Shown: positions 1 through 9,700 of the stretch, in pieces
How the letters are laid out: each line of letters starts with the position of its first letter
How positions within the stretch are numbered: position 1 is the first letter of the stretch
NCBI GenBank assembly: GCA_963422365.1
Contig: OY729426.1
Span: 1,120,001-1,184,000, forward strand
Length of the DNA stretch: 64,000 nt
Reading direction: 5' to 3'
From: Nitrospirales bacterium
Lineage (GTDB): Bacteria > Nitrospirota > Nitrospiria > Nitrospirales > UBA8639
Translations under genes and position numbers: made by a program
Notes under the pieces: model-generated
Told to the model about the DNA's origin: nothing
What the model saw: the letters and a program-made list of their open reading frames with translations, nothing else
Databases searched by the model: none

Positions 1-272
1 TGGAGGGAAAACAGTAATTTTTGGGTCCCATCGACGCTTTGGAAAAGAGTCGGAGACTCCAATCGTTCAATAATGGCCCCATTCCCAATCGCCTCCCGAT
101 CTTTCCATGACAGGTTACTCATCTGGGCGATGTCTCGAATCCGGTGTTGGTAAATCCACTGAAGGATTTGTTTGGTCCGATAGGATGGCCAACCCAACTG
201 TGTAACGAGGGAAGCCATTTTCTCAAAATCGAGAGCAATAAGATTAGTTGGTGTTGACGTGACAGTAGTCAT
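1..272 (-). CDS. rlmN: 23S rRNA (adenine-C2)-methyltransferase RlmN, N-terminal part (continues beyond window start)
   Basis: Manual translation from ATG at 272: MTTVTSTPTNLIALDFEKMASLVTQLGWPSYRTKQILQWIYQHRIRDIAQMSNLS...SVDGTQKLLFSL. This fits the RlmN N-terminal pattern (NL..L...R.KQI.QWIY...M.NL...DGT.K.LF). Not in the ORF track. Confidence 0.85.
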   Translation of the reverse strand, partial: MTTVTSTPTNLIALDFEKMASLVTQLGWPSYRTKQILQWIYQHRIRDIAQMSNLSWKDREAIGNGAIIERLESPTLFQSVDGTQKLLFSL

Positions 273-642
273 GGCAATGATGGGTGAAGAATTGAGAAAC
301 CCTATCATAGTTGAGAAATTCACCACAACAAATCCACAGCATACACAATTCACGAAGTCATCCCATGGCACCTTCGGATGGACCATGAGGCCATCGTTCT
401 TCATCATACATGATGGTTTCCATATTTTGTGGATGGGGAGAAATACTACAAAATCTAGGCTTAGAAATATTGTGTGACAATAAGTTCTTTATAGTATCAG
501 ATGCTAAAAAAAGTTTATTAAAATTAAAAAATACTAAGTTGTCTTAAAATTTTATTCATTTAAATCGATTCAAAAATCTAACAAGTTATGATTGACTTGC
601 TTTAGATGTCATGATAAAAGCAAGCAAGAATAAAGCTTGATT

Positions 643-1173
643 ATGGAAGAAATTAGAGATGAACTGAAGGATATTATTGTTGGCTTGGAGCAACGCATTA
701 CTGCGTATGAGACCAAGCTCAAAGACTTCAAGAAAAAAAAGGAGAGGCTCAATGAAGAAATTGCGACCATTGAGAAATACTTGGAGTTGGCAAAGACGTT
801 ATATCGAGTTGAAGCGGACAAAGCAAAATTGGCCAGTCTCTCCAGTCAAATCATTTCTGATGAAACAGGTGCACAGCCATTGCCGGTCATGGATGTCACA
901 GATCAATCCAGGGAAATTCTTCTGGGACGAAGCAAGTACGTGGGCATGAGTGTCCCTGATGCCGCGTTTATCATTTTGCGGGAAACGCGAGGGCCGATGC
1001 ATGCGAAAGAATTGTGTCATCGTCTCATTGAGGGAGGGATACAGATCCGAGGAAAAACGCCGGTAATTTCAATCGCCACGTCCCTTAAACGAGACCCTCG
1101 TTTTAAAAAAGTTGCACCAAATACATTTGAGAATGTTGAGCCAACTGAGAGACCTTTGACCCAGGCCGTATAA
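643..1173 (+). CDS. Coiled-coil plus HARE-HTH (HB1/ASXL-type winged helix) protein
   Basis: N-terminal heptad-rich helix; C-terminal SVPDAAFIILRETRGPMHAKEL...GKTPVISIATSL..DPRFKKVAPNTF resembles HARE-HTH. ATG at 643 preferred over TTG at 637. Confidence 0.65.
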   Translation: MEEIRDELKDIIVGLEQRITAYETKLKDFKKKKERLNEEIATIEKYLELAKTLYRVEADKAKLASLSSQIISDETGAQPLPVMDVTDQSREILLGRSKYVGMSVPDAAFIILRETRGPMHAKELCHRLIEGGIQIRGKTPVISIATSLKRDPRFKKVAPNTFENVEPTERPLTQAV

Positions 1174-1281
1174 AATCAAAGACTTGGTTTGGGGTTCTCC
1201 TGGCCGAGAGGTCGAGAGTGAATCGATGAACAAAAGCGTATCTAATGATCATTCCCTCAATACTGGAAGGAGGTGAGACAG

Positions 1282-1425
1282 TTGGCAACAGCAAAGAAGG
1301 CTCCGGCTAAGAAAAAAGCCGCCAAGAAGAAAGCACCGGCCCTCAAAAAAGCACCAGCCAAGAAAAAAGCACCAGCCAAGAAAAAAGCACCAGCCAAGAA
1401 AAAAGCACCAGCCAAGAAACGGTGA
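1282..1425 (+). CDS. Small Lys/Ala/Pro-rich histone H1-like protein (47 aa)
   Basis: Strong RBS AAGGAGGTGA, then TTG start: MATAKKAPAKKKAAKKKAPALKKAPAKKKAPAKKKAPAKKKAPAKKR*. Followed by a hairpin. Confidence 0.8.
   Translation: MATAKKAPAKKKAAKKKAPALKKAPAKKKAPAKKKAPAKKKAPAKKR
1360..1413 (+). repeat. Coding tandem repeat, 3 perfect copies of AAGAAAAAAGCACCAGCC (KKKAPA) plus degenerate copies upstream
   Basis: Read directly from the sequence. Confidence 0.95.
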
Positions 1426-1449
1426 TACCCCTCCTTTCATAACGACACT

Positions 1450-1491
1450 GCTGGGAGTAGACGGGTCTACTCCCAGCCAGCCTCACTTTTT
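1450..1491 (+). terminator. Probable intrinsic terminator
   Basis: Perfect inverted repeat GCTGGGAGTAGAC / GTCTACTCCCAGC with a T-run shortly after. Confidence 0.65.
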
Positions 1492-1568
1492 ATGTTCCCA
1501 AGAGAGAAGATCTCACCCGTTCTCAGGTTTTGCTTCCCGAAGGAGAATGGGCGTACAATCGTGCATGC

Positions 1569-2360
1569 ATGTCTCCTTCCTCGTTTCTAACGCTGCTGCA
1601 TCGGCAGTGTGCTTTTCCGAGGCGCCCTGGCGTGGTGGTCTCGATCCCACTGATGGAATATGAAGCAGCCCGTCAGTTCCAATGGCGTCTTCACGATGAA
1701 CGGATTGCGGATATTCGACCGGACACGTTGGTGTTGTTGGAACATGAGCCGGTGATGACGCTCGGCCGGACAACGAGGAAAGCGCATTGGAGCGGACAGC
1801 GTGCTGTGTTCAGGAATCAAGGCCTTCAGGTGATTGAAAGTGAGCGCGGCGGTTCCGTGACCTATCACGGACCAGGGCAGGTAGTGGGGTATCCGATTGT
1901 GATGCTCAGACGTTTTTGCTCAGGCCCGAAGGCATATGTGCGAATGTTGGAAGAGGTGATCATTCGAGTGTTGGCGGAATGGGGGATCAAAGGATACCGC
2001 GTGGGAAAGTTTGTCGGCGTGTGGGTGGAAGATCCTACGAATCCCGATGGGCCTTTAGCCAAAATTGCGGCGCTGGGTGTGAAGGTTGCTCGTGGGGTGA
2101 CCTTGCATGGCTTTGCGTTCAATGTCACGGTCAATCTTGAGCCATTTACCGGTATCGTGCCGTGCGGCATTGAAGGCTGCCGCGTGACATCGATGGCGGA
2201 AGTGTTGCGTCGGGAGGTTGAGCTTGCCAAGGTCCGTCACCAAATCGCACGGTCTTTTGGGGAAGTGTTTGGGCTGGAATGGAAGGAATCCTTGTTACAA
2301 GCCCCACCCGCCGCTGACGTGAATATTTGTTCCCGTCACATACCGAGCCTCATCGGATAA
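1569..2360 (+). CDS. lipB: Lipoyl(octanoyl) transferase LipB
   Basis: LLEHEPVMTLG, ERGGSVTYHGPGQ, KIAALG, TLHGFAFNV, IVPCG motifs. Start uncertain. Confidence 0.93.
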   Translation: MSPSSFLTLLHRQCAFPRRPGVVVSIPLMEYEAARQFQWRLHDERIADIRPDTLVLLEHEPVMTLGRTTRKAHWSGQRAVFRNQGLQVIESERGGSVTYHGPGQVVGYPIVMLRRFCSGPKAYVRMLEEVIIRVLAEWGIKGYRVGKFVGVWVEDPTNPDGPLAKIAALGVKVARGVTLHGFAFNVTVNLEPFTGIVPCGIEGCRVTSMAEVLRREVELAKVRHQIARSFGEVFGLEWKESLLQAPPAADVNICSRHIPSLIG

Positions 2361-3029
2361 CAAATACTTCACAGCCGAGACGGTATCTTTCACGTCGCCA
2401 ATGTACCCGGCCGGCACTTTTTGGGCCATACCATCGAGTTCTTCTGGTGGGGCACTCCCTGAATCAATAAAGCCTGGTGAAATCGCATTGACCGTAATCC
2501 CATCCGGGGCCAACATTTTCGCCAGGGTTCGCGTAAGGATCAGGATGCCTACCTTGGCGATATAGTGTGCCGTGACCATAGACTGGGCTTCTATCTTGTC
2601 CGCGTTGGCCATGCTGAACGAAATGATTCGGCCGGACTTTCGCTCTTTCATGCCAGGCGCAACTGCCTGGGCTAAATAAAAAATCGGGTGCAGGTTATTG
2701 GTGAACATGTCCGCCCAGCCTTCTGGTGTTTCGTTGAATAAATTGACCCGATGATACGGTCCCGCCCCATTCACCAGGACGTCAAGCTTTCCCCATTGCC
2801 CCTCAACCTGCTTGACCAAATCTTTGCAGGCCGTAGGATCAGAGACATCGCAGCGAACGGCGATCCCTTGGCCGCCTTGTGCGATGATGGCCTTTGTGGT
2901 GGTTTCAGCTTCTTGTGCGCTGGTTCGATAGCAAAGGGCAATAGCCCATCCCTGTGCTGCCAGATTGAGTGCAATCCCTTTTCCAATGCCGCGTGCGCCA
3001 CCGGTGATCAGTACGACGTTTGGTTTCAT
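2295..3029 (-). CDS. Short-chain dehydrogenase/reductase (FabG-like)
   Basis: TGGARGIG, VNGAG, YIAK, NAISPG; RBS GAAGGGGG before ATG at 3029. Confidence 0.9.
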   Translation of the reverse strand: MKPNVVLITGGARGIGKGIALNLAAQGWAIALCYRTSAQEAETTTKAIIAQGGQGIAVRCDVSDPTACKDLVKQVEGQWGKLDVLVNGAGPYHRVNLFNETPEGWADMFTNNLHPIFYLAQAVAPGMKERKSGRIISFSMANADKIEAQSMVTAHYIAKVGILILTRTLAKMLAPDGITVNAISPGFIDSGSAPPEELDGMAQKVPAGYIGDVKDTVSAVKYLLSDEARYVTGTNIHVSGGWGL

Positions 3030-3175
3030 CAACGTTCCCCCTTCAACGAACGGGTTGACTTGACAATCGAGCAGGCCCTGCACTCCGGCCTTTTGCCCAA
3101 CGGGAAGAGTCAGCAAATTGGCATTGAGAACCTCGTGAAGTCTTGAAGTAGGGCACTGGTTCCTCCAGTCGTCTG

Positions 3176-3943
3176 TTACGTGGCCGAAGGGTTCCCATGC
3201 CTTTGGATCAATGCGTGAAACACGTTGCCCGTTCGAGTCGACAAGGTCTTATTGCCGGATCCGGTTTCTTCGTGCAAAAAGGCCTGCATATCGTCAAAGG
3301 TATCGATATCGCGTTCGGGAGCCAATAGCTCGATAGCAAGCCCCACTTGTGCAGCACGTGCTTGGCTTTGGGTGAGGACGCTGTCGGTAGACCAAGAGAT
3401 AGTGGCAAAGAGTTCAGGGACGGGGTTTTTCGTTCCTACCAAATAGTAGCCTCCATCTTTCGTGGGACCCAACACCACATCTGTGGCTTGCAAGACCTCT
3501 TTTGCGTGGTGATAGTGTCGACTGGAAAGCGTGGGAATATCCGTTCCAACCAGCAAGGCGTACGCGTACCCACGGGTGAACATGGCGGTGAGGGCATGAT
3601 CCATGCGCTGTCCAAGACCCTCACCCATTTGGTCGCACAAGTGAATGCGATGCCTGGCCGCCAACGTTTGAAAAAACGGATGGTCCATGCTGGGCGTGCA
3701 GGCCAAGAAAATATCAAACCCCCGAAGCGACTGGGTCTGTTCCACGGTATCCATAACCATACTCCCGTGCAGACTCGCTGCCTCATCGGGGGCTAGGGGA
3801 GGACACATGCGCGTTTTCACTTCTCCGGGCACCGGCGCCTTGGCAAAAATAATGATCGCCCCCTCAGCAGGCCCTGAAGATGGCCTGTCTCTCCTTTTGC
3901 GGTGGTCTTGATGAGATGAAGCAGTGTTACCTGATCGAGACAT
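3176..3943 (-). CDS. TIGR04282-type (DUF2064) glycosyltransferase-like protein
   Basis: IIFAKAPVPGEVKTR, LG.RM, GTDIP, VLGPTKDGGYYLVG, WST, DIDT motifs. Confidence 0.85.
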   Translation of the reverse strand: MSRSGNTASSHQDHRKRRDRPSSGPAEGAIIIFAKAPVPGEVKTRMCPPLAPDEAASLHGSMVMDTVEQTQSLRGFDIFLACTPSMDHPFFQTLAARHRIHLCDQMGEGLGQRMDHALTAMFTRGYAYALLVGTDIPTLSSRHYHHAKEVLQATDVVLGPTKDGGYYLVGTKNPVPELFATISWSTDSVLTQSQARAAQVGLAIELLAPERDIDTFDDMQAFLHEETGSGNKTLSTRTGNVFHALIQRHGNPSAT

Positions 3944-4631
3944 ACAATTGATGCAAAAATTTGGGGTGTATGCCGATCCAGTACAAAAAGCGGAGGATCC
4001 ACATATGCAGAATGGTGCGGAGGGCACCCTGTTGCTCCCATCGTCGAAACGACGTGGTCACCTTGGTGCGTAAGGCTGCAACGGATCCTGCGCGCTTGAG
4101 GCGTTGCAGCAACTCGATGTCTTCCATCAAGGGCACGTCGGCAAACCCGCCTAGGTCGTCAAACACGGCGCGACGAACGAAAATCGCCTGATCCCCTGTG
4201 GCAATGCCGGACCAGCGTGATCGCCAATTCATCAGACGACTGATGAGCCAGGCCCACCCGCGGTCGTCTTCGAATCGTACGTCGAATCGTCCCCCCACAT
4301 ACTTGGGATTCTCCAAGACTCGGCCGATCTCATGTCGCGTCTCTGGTGGAAGAAGCGTGTCGGCATGCAGAAAAAGCAGAACGTCGGATCGAGTTTCCTC
4401 TACGCCGGCATTCATTTGTTTGGCACGCCCCTGCTCCGATGCAATAACCTTTGCGGGTTGCCGGCTGAGCCCATGCAACTGGTTCTGCGCAATGCAAACC
4501 GTCTGGTCCCGGCTGCCACCATCCACGAGGATCACTTCATTCAATCGAAGCTGTCGAAGAGCGAGGAGCGTCCGTGGCAGGGCTCGTTCTTCGTTCAAGG
4601 TTGGAATCACGACGGCGATTGAAGTGGGCAT
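3927..4631 (-). CDS. TIGR04283-type family 2 glycosyltransferase
   Basis: VVIPTLNEE, VDGGSRD, GRAKQMNAG, LFLHADT, TGDQAIF, PLMED, TSFRRW motifs. Confidence 0.88.
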   Translation of the reverse strand: MPTSIAVVIPTLNEERALPRTLLALRQLRLNEVILVDGGSRDQTVCIAQNQLHGLSRQPAKVIASEQGRAKQMNAGVEETRSDVLLFLHADTLLPPETRHEIGRVLENPKYVGGRFDVRFEDDRGWAWLISRLMNWRSRWSGIATGDQAIFVRRAVFDDLGGFADVPLMEDIELLQRLKRAGSVAALRTKVTTSFRRWEQQGALRTILHMWILRFLYWIGIHPKFLHQLYVSIR

Positions 4632-4741
4632 GTTGCGTTGCTGTCCGGCAGGATGAGTGAACAAGGAAGAGTCCTGGGCGATGAGAAAAAAACGGCCCTT
4701 CCTCACGGTTGCCCCATCACTCAATCTCTGGTTCAAATCCG

Positions 4742-5212
4742 CTACGACGGCTTGGATGGTTGCTTGGGATTCTGAAACATGAAATAGACCACCAAAGCAA
4801 TGGTGCCCCAGTAGATAACGTATTTATGCCAAAAGAGCACTTCGCCAAGTTGGATGAATGCCAAGATGCAGAGGAGGGAAAAGGCAATCACCCCGTACCG
4901 AACAGCGGGGATTGTCACGGAAGAATAGGCCCAAAGGGCCAGACCCGCAAAATACAAGATCATGGGAAAGATTGAAATCTCCGCGCCGATACCGACAGAC
5001 AGAAAAACCTGAATAAAACCGATGAACACCATAGCGGAGCCCACCATCTTCATGGCCACTTTCATTTGCAGGGCTTCGTGTGCTTCTTGGTCCACTTCCG
5101 ATTTCGCATGTGGCGGTCCCACGGGGATACCGGGCACCTGACGTCTGGATGGTTCAGGCGTCTCGGAAAGGTTGGGAGGGTCTGGGATTTGCTGTTTTGT
5201 CTCTTGTGCCAT
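4742..5212 (-). CDS. Hypothetical membrane protein (about 4 TM segments)
   Basis: Hydrophobic segments; starts 3 nt after the dcd stop. Confidence 0.7.
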   Translation of the reverse strand: MAQETKQQIPDPPNLSETPEPSRRQVPGIPVGPPHAKSEVDQEAHEALQMKVAMKMVGSAMVFIGFIQVFLSVGIGAEISIFPMILYFAGLALWAYSSVTIPAVRYGVIAFSLLCILAFIQLGEVLFWHKYVIYWGTIALVVYFMFQNPKQPSKPS

Positions 5213-5215
5213 GAG

Positions 5216-6385
5216 CTACCACTTAAAATGTTTACTGAGCGTGAGCCCTTGCTGATGATAGTTGGACCCAATGGAGGCCCCATACAGGTGTTCTGGTAGT
5301 TCTAACATTTTCTCATACACGACTTTGAAAAACGTCTGGCCGTCGTGAATCAGGAACGGCACATCATGAGGTCTGACTTCGAGCACAACCTGTGTCCCTT
5401 TTCGTGGCCCGCTGCCGACCCCAAAGCCTGGATCGAAGAACCCGGCATAGTGGGTGCGTAATTCACCACACGCAGCCTCATAGGCCACCATTTCAGTAGC
5501 ATAGCCTTCCGGCACTTTAATTCGTTCTTTTGAAGCAAGGATATAAAATTCCTGTGGTTCAAGTATGAGGGAATCACTCGTGCGTCGATAAATCGGTTCC
5601 CAAAAATCTTGAGCCGTGTAATGACCAATTTTCGAGAGATCAATGACTTGGCTGTTTTTTTTTGCCCGATAGCCAATCACGGAGTCGGGAGCCGAATGAC
5701 CTTGAAGATCAATTCGTAAAAATAGTCCATTGTCCACGCGAATCTGTCGTGAAGGTACCGGTCCATTGCCACTAGGAGGATCATCGTTGTGATAGAGCAA
5801 ATTTTCTTCTCGATATAGTTCTCGAAGTTTCTTGTCTGAAACTGTGGGACGCCGACGCCCAGTGATCAAACGCAGTTGATTCAAGGACAATCCTGTTTGA
5901 ACACGAACGGTAAAAGAGAGTGGCACAATTTCCAGATACAGGGGACCGTGGTATCCCGACCGTACTTCGTCAAACCCGACGTTCAAGTCGGTAATCATTC
6001 GAGTGAAGATATCCAGGCGTCCTGTCGAACTTTTTGGATTAGCTCGTCCTCGAATCGATTTGGGAAGGCGTAATTTTTCCAACAGCGGGACCAGATACAC
6101 ATGCCCTTTTTCCAAAATAGCCCCTTCTTCTAAGTCTAAGTCTATCTCATACATCACCAAGTTGTCTTTATAGAGATCGAGCACATTCAAACGAGTCGTG
6201 ATTTCTGATCGTTCGGGATGAAAGCTGCTCAAGAGGCGATACGCTTTTGTGCCTAGTCGTAAATCCAAGCTTGCGGGCTGAATTTGCTCATCGTCAATAG
6301 GACGGTCGGCAGGAATGGATCCTTCGACAATCAGTTGTTTGAGTTGGCGATCAGGCAGAATGCCTTGCTTACGAGGAGAAGCCAT
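5216..6385 (-). CDS. dcd: 2'-deoxycytidine 5'-triphosphate deaminase (long two-domain DCD family)
   Basis: QIQPASLDLRLG, ANPKSSTGRLD, HYAGFFDPGFG, VLEVRPHDVPF motifs. Confidence 0.88.
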   Translation of the reverse strand: MASPRKQGILPDRQLKQLIVEGSIPADRPIDDEQIQPASLDLRLGTKAYRLLSSFHPERSEITTRLNVLDLYKDNLVMYEIDLDLEEGAILEKGHVYLVPLLEKLRLPKSIRGRANPKSSTGRLDIFTRMITDLNVGFDEVRSGYHGPLYLEIVPLSFTVRVQTGLSLNQLRLITGRRRPTVSDKKLRELYREENLLYHNDDPPSGNGPVPSRQIRVDNGLFLRIDLQGHSAPDSVIGYRAKKNSQVIDLSKIGHYTAQDFWEPIYRRTSDSLILEPQEFYILASKERIKVPEGYATEMVAYEAACGELRTHYAGFFDPGFGVGSGPRKGTQVVLEVRPHDVPFLIHDGQTFFKVVYEKMLELPEHLYGASIGSNYHQQGLTLSKHFKW

Positions 6386-6387
6386 CG

Positions 6388-7515
6388 TTACCCGTCCATG
6401 GCCCCGTTGCTGCAAAGTCCCCCAAGCCTCGACGCGCCCACCATGGGCAGTTCACGCGTGCGGCCTTGGTCGGGCTGTGGGTAGTGATAGGTCTTGTTTT
6501 CGTAGTTTTTCAGCACGGCACCGTTTTCATCAAGGTTCAGCAAATAGTCATTGGGTAAAAGCGGAATTTTTCCTCCGCCTCCTGGGGCATCGATCACAAA
6601 ATGGGGAACGGCCATGCCGCTGGTATGCCCTTGGAGCGCCTGAATGATTTGTAGCCCCGTTTCCACGGTGGTGCGGAAATGGTTGGTCCCTTTGGTCAGG
6701 TCGGCCTGGTACAAATAATAGGGCTTCACGCGGGCCAGAAGGAGTTGATGCATGAGCTGTTTCATGATTTCCGGATCATCGTTCACCCCTTTCAGCAACA
6801 CCGTTTGGGCACCCAGCGGCACACCGGCGTCGGCCAAGCGCCCACAGGCTTCTTTGACTTCTGGGGTGAGTTCAGCAGGATGATTGAAATGCAAATTCAT
6901 ATAAATCGGATGATACCGTTTGACCAGCTCGCACAGTTGGGGGGTGATGCGTTGCGGGAGTGTCCCTGGTACGCGTGAACCGAATCGGATGAGTTCGAGA
7001 TGGGGGATCGTTCGGAGTGCCTTTAAAAGGCGTTCGATCAAGTGATCGGGCAACAACAAGGGATCGCCGCCCGAGAGGATGATATCCCGAACTTCGGTAT
7101 GTTCGCGGAGGTAGGCGACGGCTTGATCCAATTCGCCTTTCTTCAAAAACCCCGGTTTTCCGACTAACCGCTTGCGAGTACAAAATCGGCAATAGATCGG
7201 GCATTGATTCGTGACCATCAACAGCGCGCGGTCCGGATAGCGATGGACCAAGTGTGGGACGGGACTATCGGTGTCTTCTTCCAAGGGGTCGTCTGGTGCG
7301 TCAAAGTCCTCCATCTCAATGTCCTCTGGAACAACCTGTTTCCAAATGGCGTCCCCTTTTTCTTTGATCGTGGCGAGCACCGTGGGTGTGATGCGCATAG
7401 GATAAGGGCCCACGATCTGTTCCACTTCTTTGGGATCCACGCCGAGATGTTTCGCTAAATCTTTAGGTTTGGTGATGCTCTCGGCTAGGATACGTTTCCA
7501 ATCATCCATCTGCAT
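6388..7515 (-). CDS. KamA-family radical SAM aminomutase (lysine 2,3-aminomutase-like)
   Basis: LVHRYPDR, CPIYCRFC, SGGDPL, HFNHP, PYYLYQ, DAPGGGGK (PLP lysine). Confidence 0.92.
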   Translation of the reverse strand: MQMDDWKRILAESITKPKDLAKHLGVDPKEVEQIVGPYPMRITPTVLATIKEKGDAIWKQVVPEDIEMEDFDAPDDPLEEDTDSPVPHLVHRYPDRALLMVTNQCPIYCRFCTRKRLVGKPGFLKKGELDQAVAYLREHTEVRDIILSGGDPLLLPDHLIERLLKALRTIPHLELIRFGSRVPGTLPQRITPQLCELVKRYHPIYMNLHFNHPAELTPEVKEACGRLADAGVPLGAQTVLLKGVNDDPEIMKQLMHQLLLARVKPYYLYQADLTKGTNHFRTTVETGLQIIQALQGHTSGMAVPHFVIDAPGGGGKIPLLPNDYLLNLDENGAVLKNYENKTYHYPQPDQGRTRELPMVGASRLGGLCSNGAMDG

Positions 7516-7558
7516 TCCTCGTCAATAGGGGTGAACGTGTGGGTTGGGTGGTTCGACA

Positions 7559-7880
7559 TCAGACAGCGAGACCCCCCTCGTGGGCCGGGTTGCTCGATGA
7601 GGTCTCGATTGGGCTCTCGACGGGTTCCGGCCCATCCGGGGTGGGCCCCTTCAGGGTCGAAGCCAATGCGTCAAGGTGGTTGAGAATGTCTTGCGTTTCC
7701 TTCAGGACGGTGTCTCCATCAACCAAGACAGGAACATCATATGGTCCCGATAACTCAAATATTTGTTTTCTGAACGGACGGACCGTGGGAACCATAACAC
7801 TTTTAGACTCGATCTCCAACTCATCCAGTTGGTGACGAACCAGGGTGCATTCCGGGCACCATTCAGTATTACAACGTTAT
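7559..7880 (-). pseudogene. Glutaredoxin-like gene with disrupted 5' end
   Basis: In frame upstream of the TTG ORF is TEWCPECTLVRHQLDEL (CxxC at 7847-7858), followed by SGPYDVPVLVDG. A TAA and no start codon precede the CxxC; ITL lies in another frame, consistent with a small deletion. Confidence 0.6.
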
Positions 7881-7959
7881 TGAGTGCCTTTTCTCTTATG
7901 CGTTTCACGATCCATTCGGGCAGGCACGGGGATATGCCTTATGGCGCTTGACTTCTCTG

Positions 7960-8040
7960 GCGTTCCCGACGTTTTTAATCGGGAATCCATCCTTCTGTGT
8001 TCCTAAGAATCTTCTGGATTCCCGCTTCCGCGGGAATGAC
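7960..8040. repeat. REP-like palindromic element of the (GTC)ATTCCCG..CGGGAATCCA type, inverted pair
   Basis: TTCCCGAC...TCGGGAATCCA ... TGGATTCCCGCTTCCGCGGGAATGAC in the intergenic region. Confidence 0.75.
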
Positions 8041-8059
8041 AGAAGGGAAAGAGGCGGCT

Positions 8060-9541
8060 CTACGGAGCCTGTAGCGCGCATGGTGCCAGGATGGCATCGC
8101 GCATGCCATGAATCACCTTTTTCTCCTTAGGGCAAACGGTCGCCAAAATTCCGTGAAGGGTCACCTCATCTCCAGACACAAAATAATAGGGTGACAGTCG
8201 AGCCCGCCCCTCCATGGGTTCCAGTCGTCCGGTGTGCGCATTGAAATAGGTCATCCCGTACCGTCGGCCCTTGTGAAATGGTTGGAAGACATAGGGTGTC
8301 GAGGCAAAGGCATCCAGCGCGTGCTCCAATTTTTCCGCCCATGCGGACTGCGGAATATCATGCCCAACGATCACCCCACGGCTGCCCCAAGCCAGTTCCG
8401 AAAAGCCTGAAGGCTTCAACACGCAGTGTCGCTGCTTTTGTGTCGCATGGGTGAATTGTCGCCAATCTGACACGGCCTTTCCACCAAGCGTGAGATTCGG
8501 GATGACTGCTGATGGAGGAAGAGGACGAGGGTCGACGACCCAGGTTTTGGGCATGAGCCGTCCGAGACTATGAAAGACCTCCACCCCTAGCGCGTCGGAC
8601 CAAAACCCTTCCAGCATAGGGTGATGCAAGAGCGCGAAGGCCAACTTCTCTTCCATCCAGGGCTTATACGGTGGTGTCACGCTCACCTGCCCTCTTTGGG
8701 CCTTGGACATGAGTAATGCAGATTCTGGAATATTCTCGAGATCAAAGAGTTCAAAAAATCGATAGATGAACGAAACAGGCTGTTCCCCGAAAGGGGTAGA
8801 CGTGAACAACGTCTGTTCAGTGAACCGAAGATCGCGAGGATGGACACAATAGGTTTCCAGCCCAGCGGTTCGTAGCTGGCAAGCCACCCAGACCATTTCA
8901 TTCCGGTACTCCTCAGCCTCATCAGACACCACGATGGCGAGACAGCCCGCTCCCTCGCCGAGTCGGCCTTGGAACAGCTTTGCAAAGCCTTCAATTATGC
9001 CGTTACGACCGCCAATGAGAGAATCTCCTAAGGCGCCGTAGGCGGAGGATAAGCTTCCCGTGATCCCAATGCCGCCTGGGACAGCGTCCAGTTCCGTGAT
9101 CGTCATGCCCGCCTCAGTCGGAATCACATCAGGGCGAATAACCCGAGGAATTGCCTCACGAAATCGTTTCATGCGAGCATAGTCCAACAGGGCTTCCGGC
9201 TTGCCTTGGTCGAGATAGTGGTGAACCCAGCCTGGTTGAGTGCCTTTGAGACTATCGAGATACAGTCGATTGAGTGCTTTAGAGAACGACCATAGCTGGG
9301 GGCCTAGGTTCTCAAAGAAGGAAACTTCGCTTTCAGTCAATTGAAACGGGAAGGGTGAGAGCCGCCATGCAGGTGCTGACTGTAGGGAAAAGATCCCTGA
9401 CGCTTGAAGGGCCTGTTGGACAGAACGGCATCGCTGACTCTCTTTGCGGAGGGAAGCCGTTGGAGCAGGAGATAAGGCAGAAGGGGCCGATGCGTCCGAA
9501 CACCTCTGAATCATGGGGCATGTCGCCGAGAGGTGGGCCAT
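8060..9541 (-). CDS. Circularly permuted ATP-grasp / glutathionylspermidine synthase-like protein
   Basis: RPDVI...ITELD..PGGIG, IYRFFE, EEKLAFALL, VLKPSG..WGSRGV, YVFQPF. Start uncertain. Confidence 0.55.
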   Translation of the reverse strand: MAHLSATCPMIQRCSDASAPSALSPAPTASLRKESQRCRSVQQALQASGIFSLQSAPAWRLSPFPFQLTESEVSFFENLGPQLWSFSKALNRLYLDSLKGTQPGWVHHYLDQGKPEALLDYARMKRFREAIPRVIRPDVIPTEAGMTITELDAVPGGIGITGSLSSAYGALGDSLIGGRNGIIEGFAKLFQGRLGEGAGCLAIVVSDEAEEYRNEMVWVACQLRTAGLETYCVHPRDLRFTEQTLFTSTPFGEQPVSFIYRFFELFDLENIPESALLMSKAQRGQVSVTPPYKPWMEEKLAFALLHHPMLEGFWSDALGVEVFHSLGRLMPKTWVVDPRPLPPSAVIPNLTLGGKAVSDWRQFTHATQKQRHCVLKPSGFSELAWGSRGVIVGHDIPQSAWAEKLEHALDAFASTPYVFQPFHKGRRYGMTYFNAHTGRLEPMEGRARLSPYYFVSGDEVTLHGILATVCPKEKKVIHGMRDAILAPCALQAP

Positions 9542-9700
9542 GAGAAAGTGATACCGGGATAGATCGTAATAATGGAGTGTGCCTGAATGGAGGATGGATA
9601 TTGGCAGAGCTCGTAGGATGACAACAGACTCAAATGATACCATGACCTCTTTGAGCGAGACAAGCGACGATCCTCATGGCGTGCCTGGTCACGATTCCCT

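Noticed and set aside
1300..1425. Tandem repeats as a CRISPR array, or the antisense FFLGWC-repeat ORF (1249-1440)
   Set aside because: The repeats are contiguous with no spacers and are explained by the plus-strand KKKAPA protein, which has a strong RBS.
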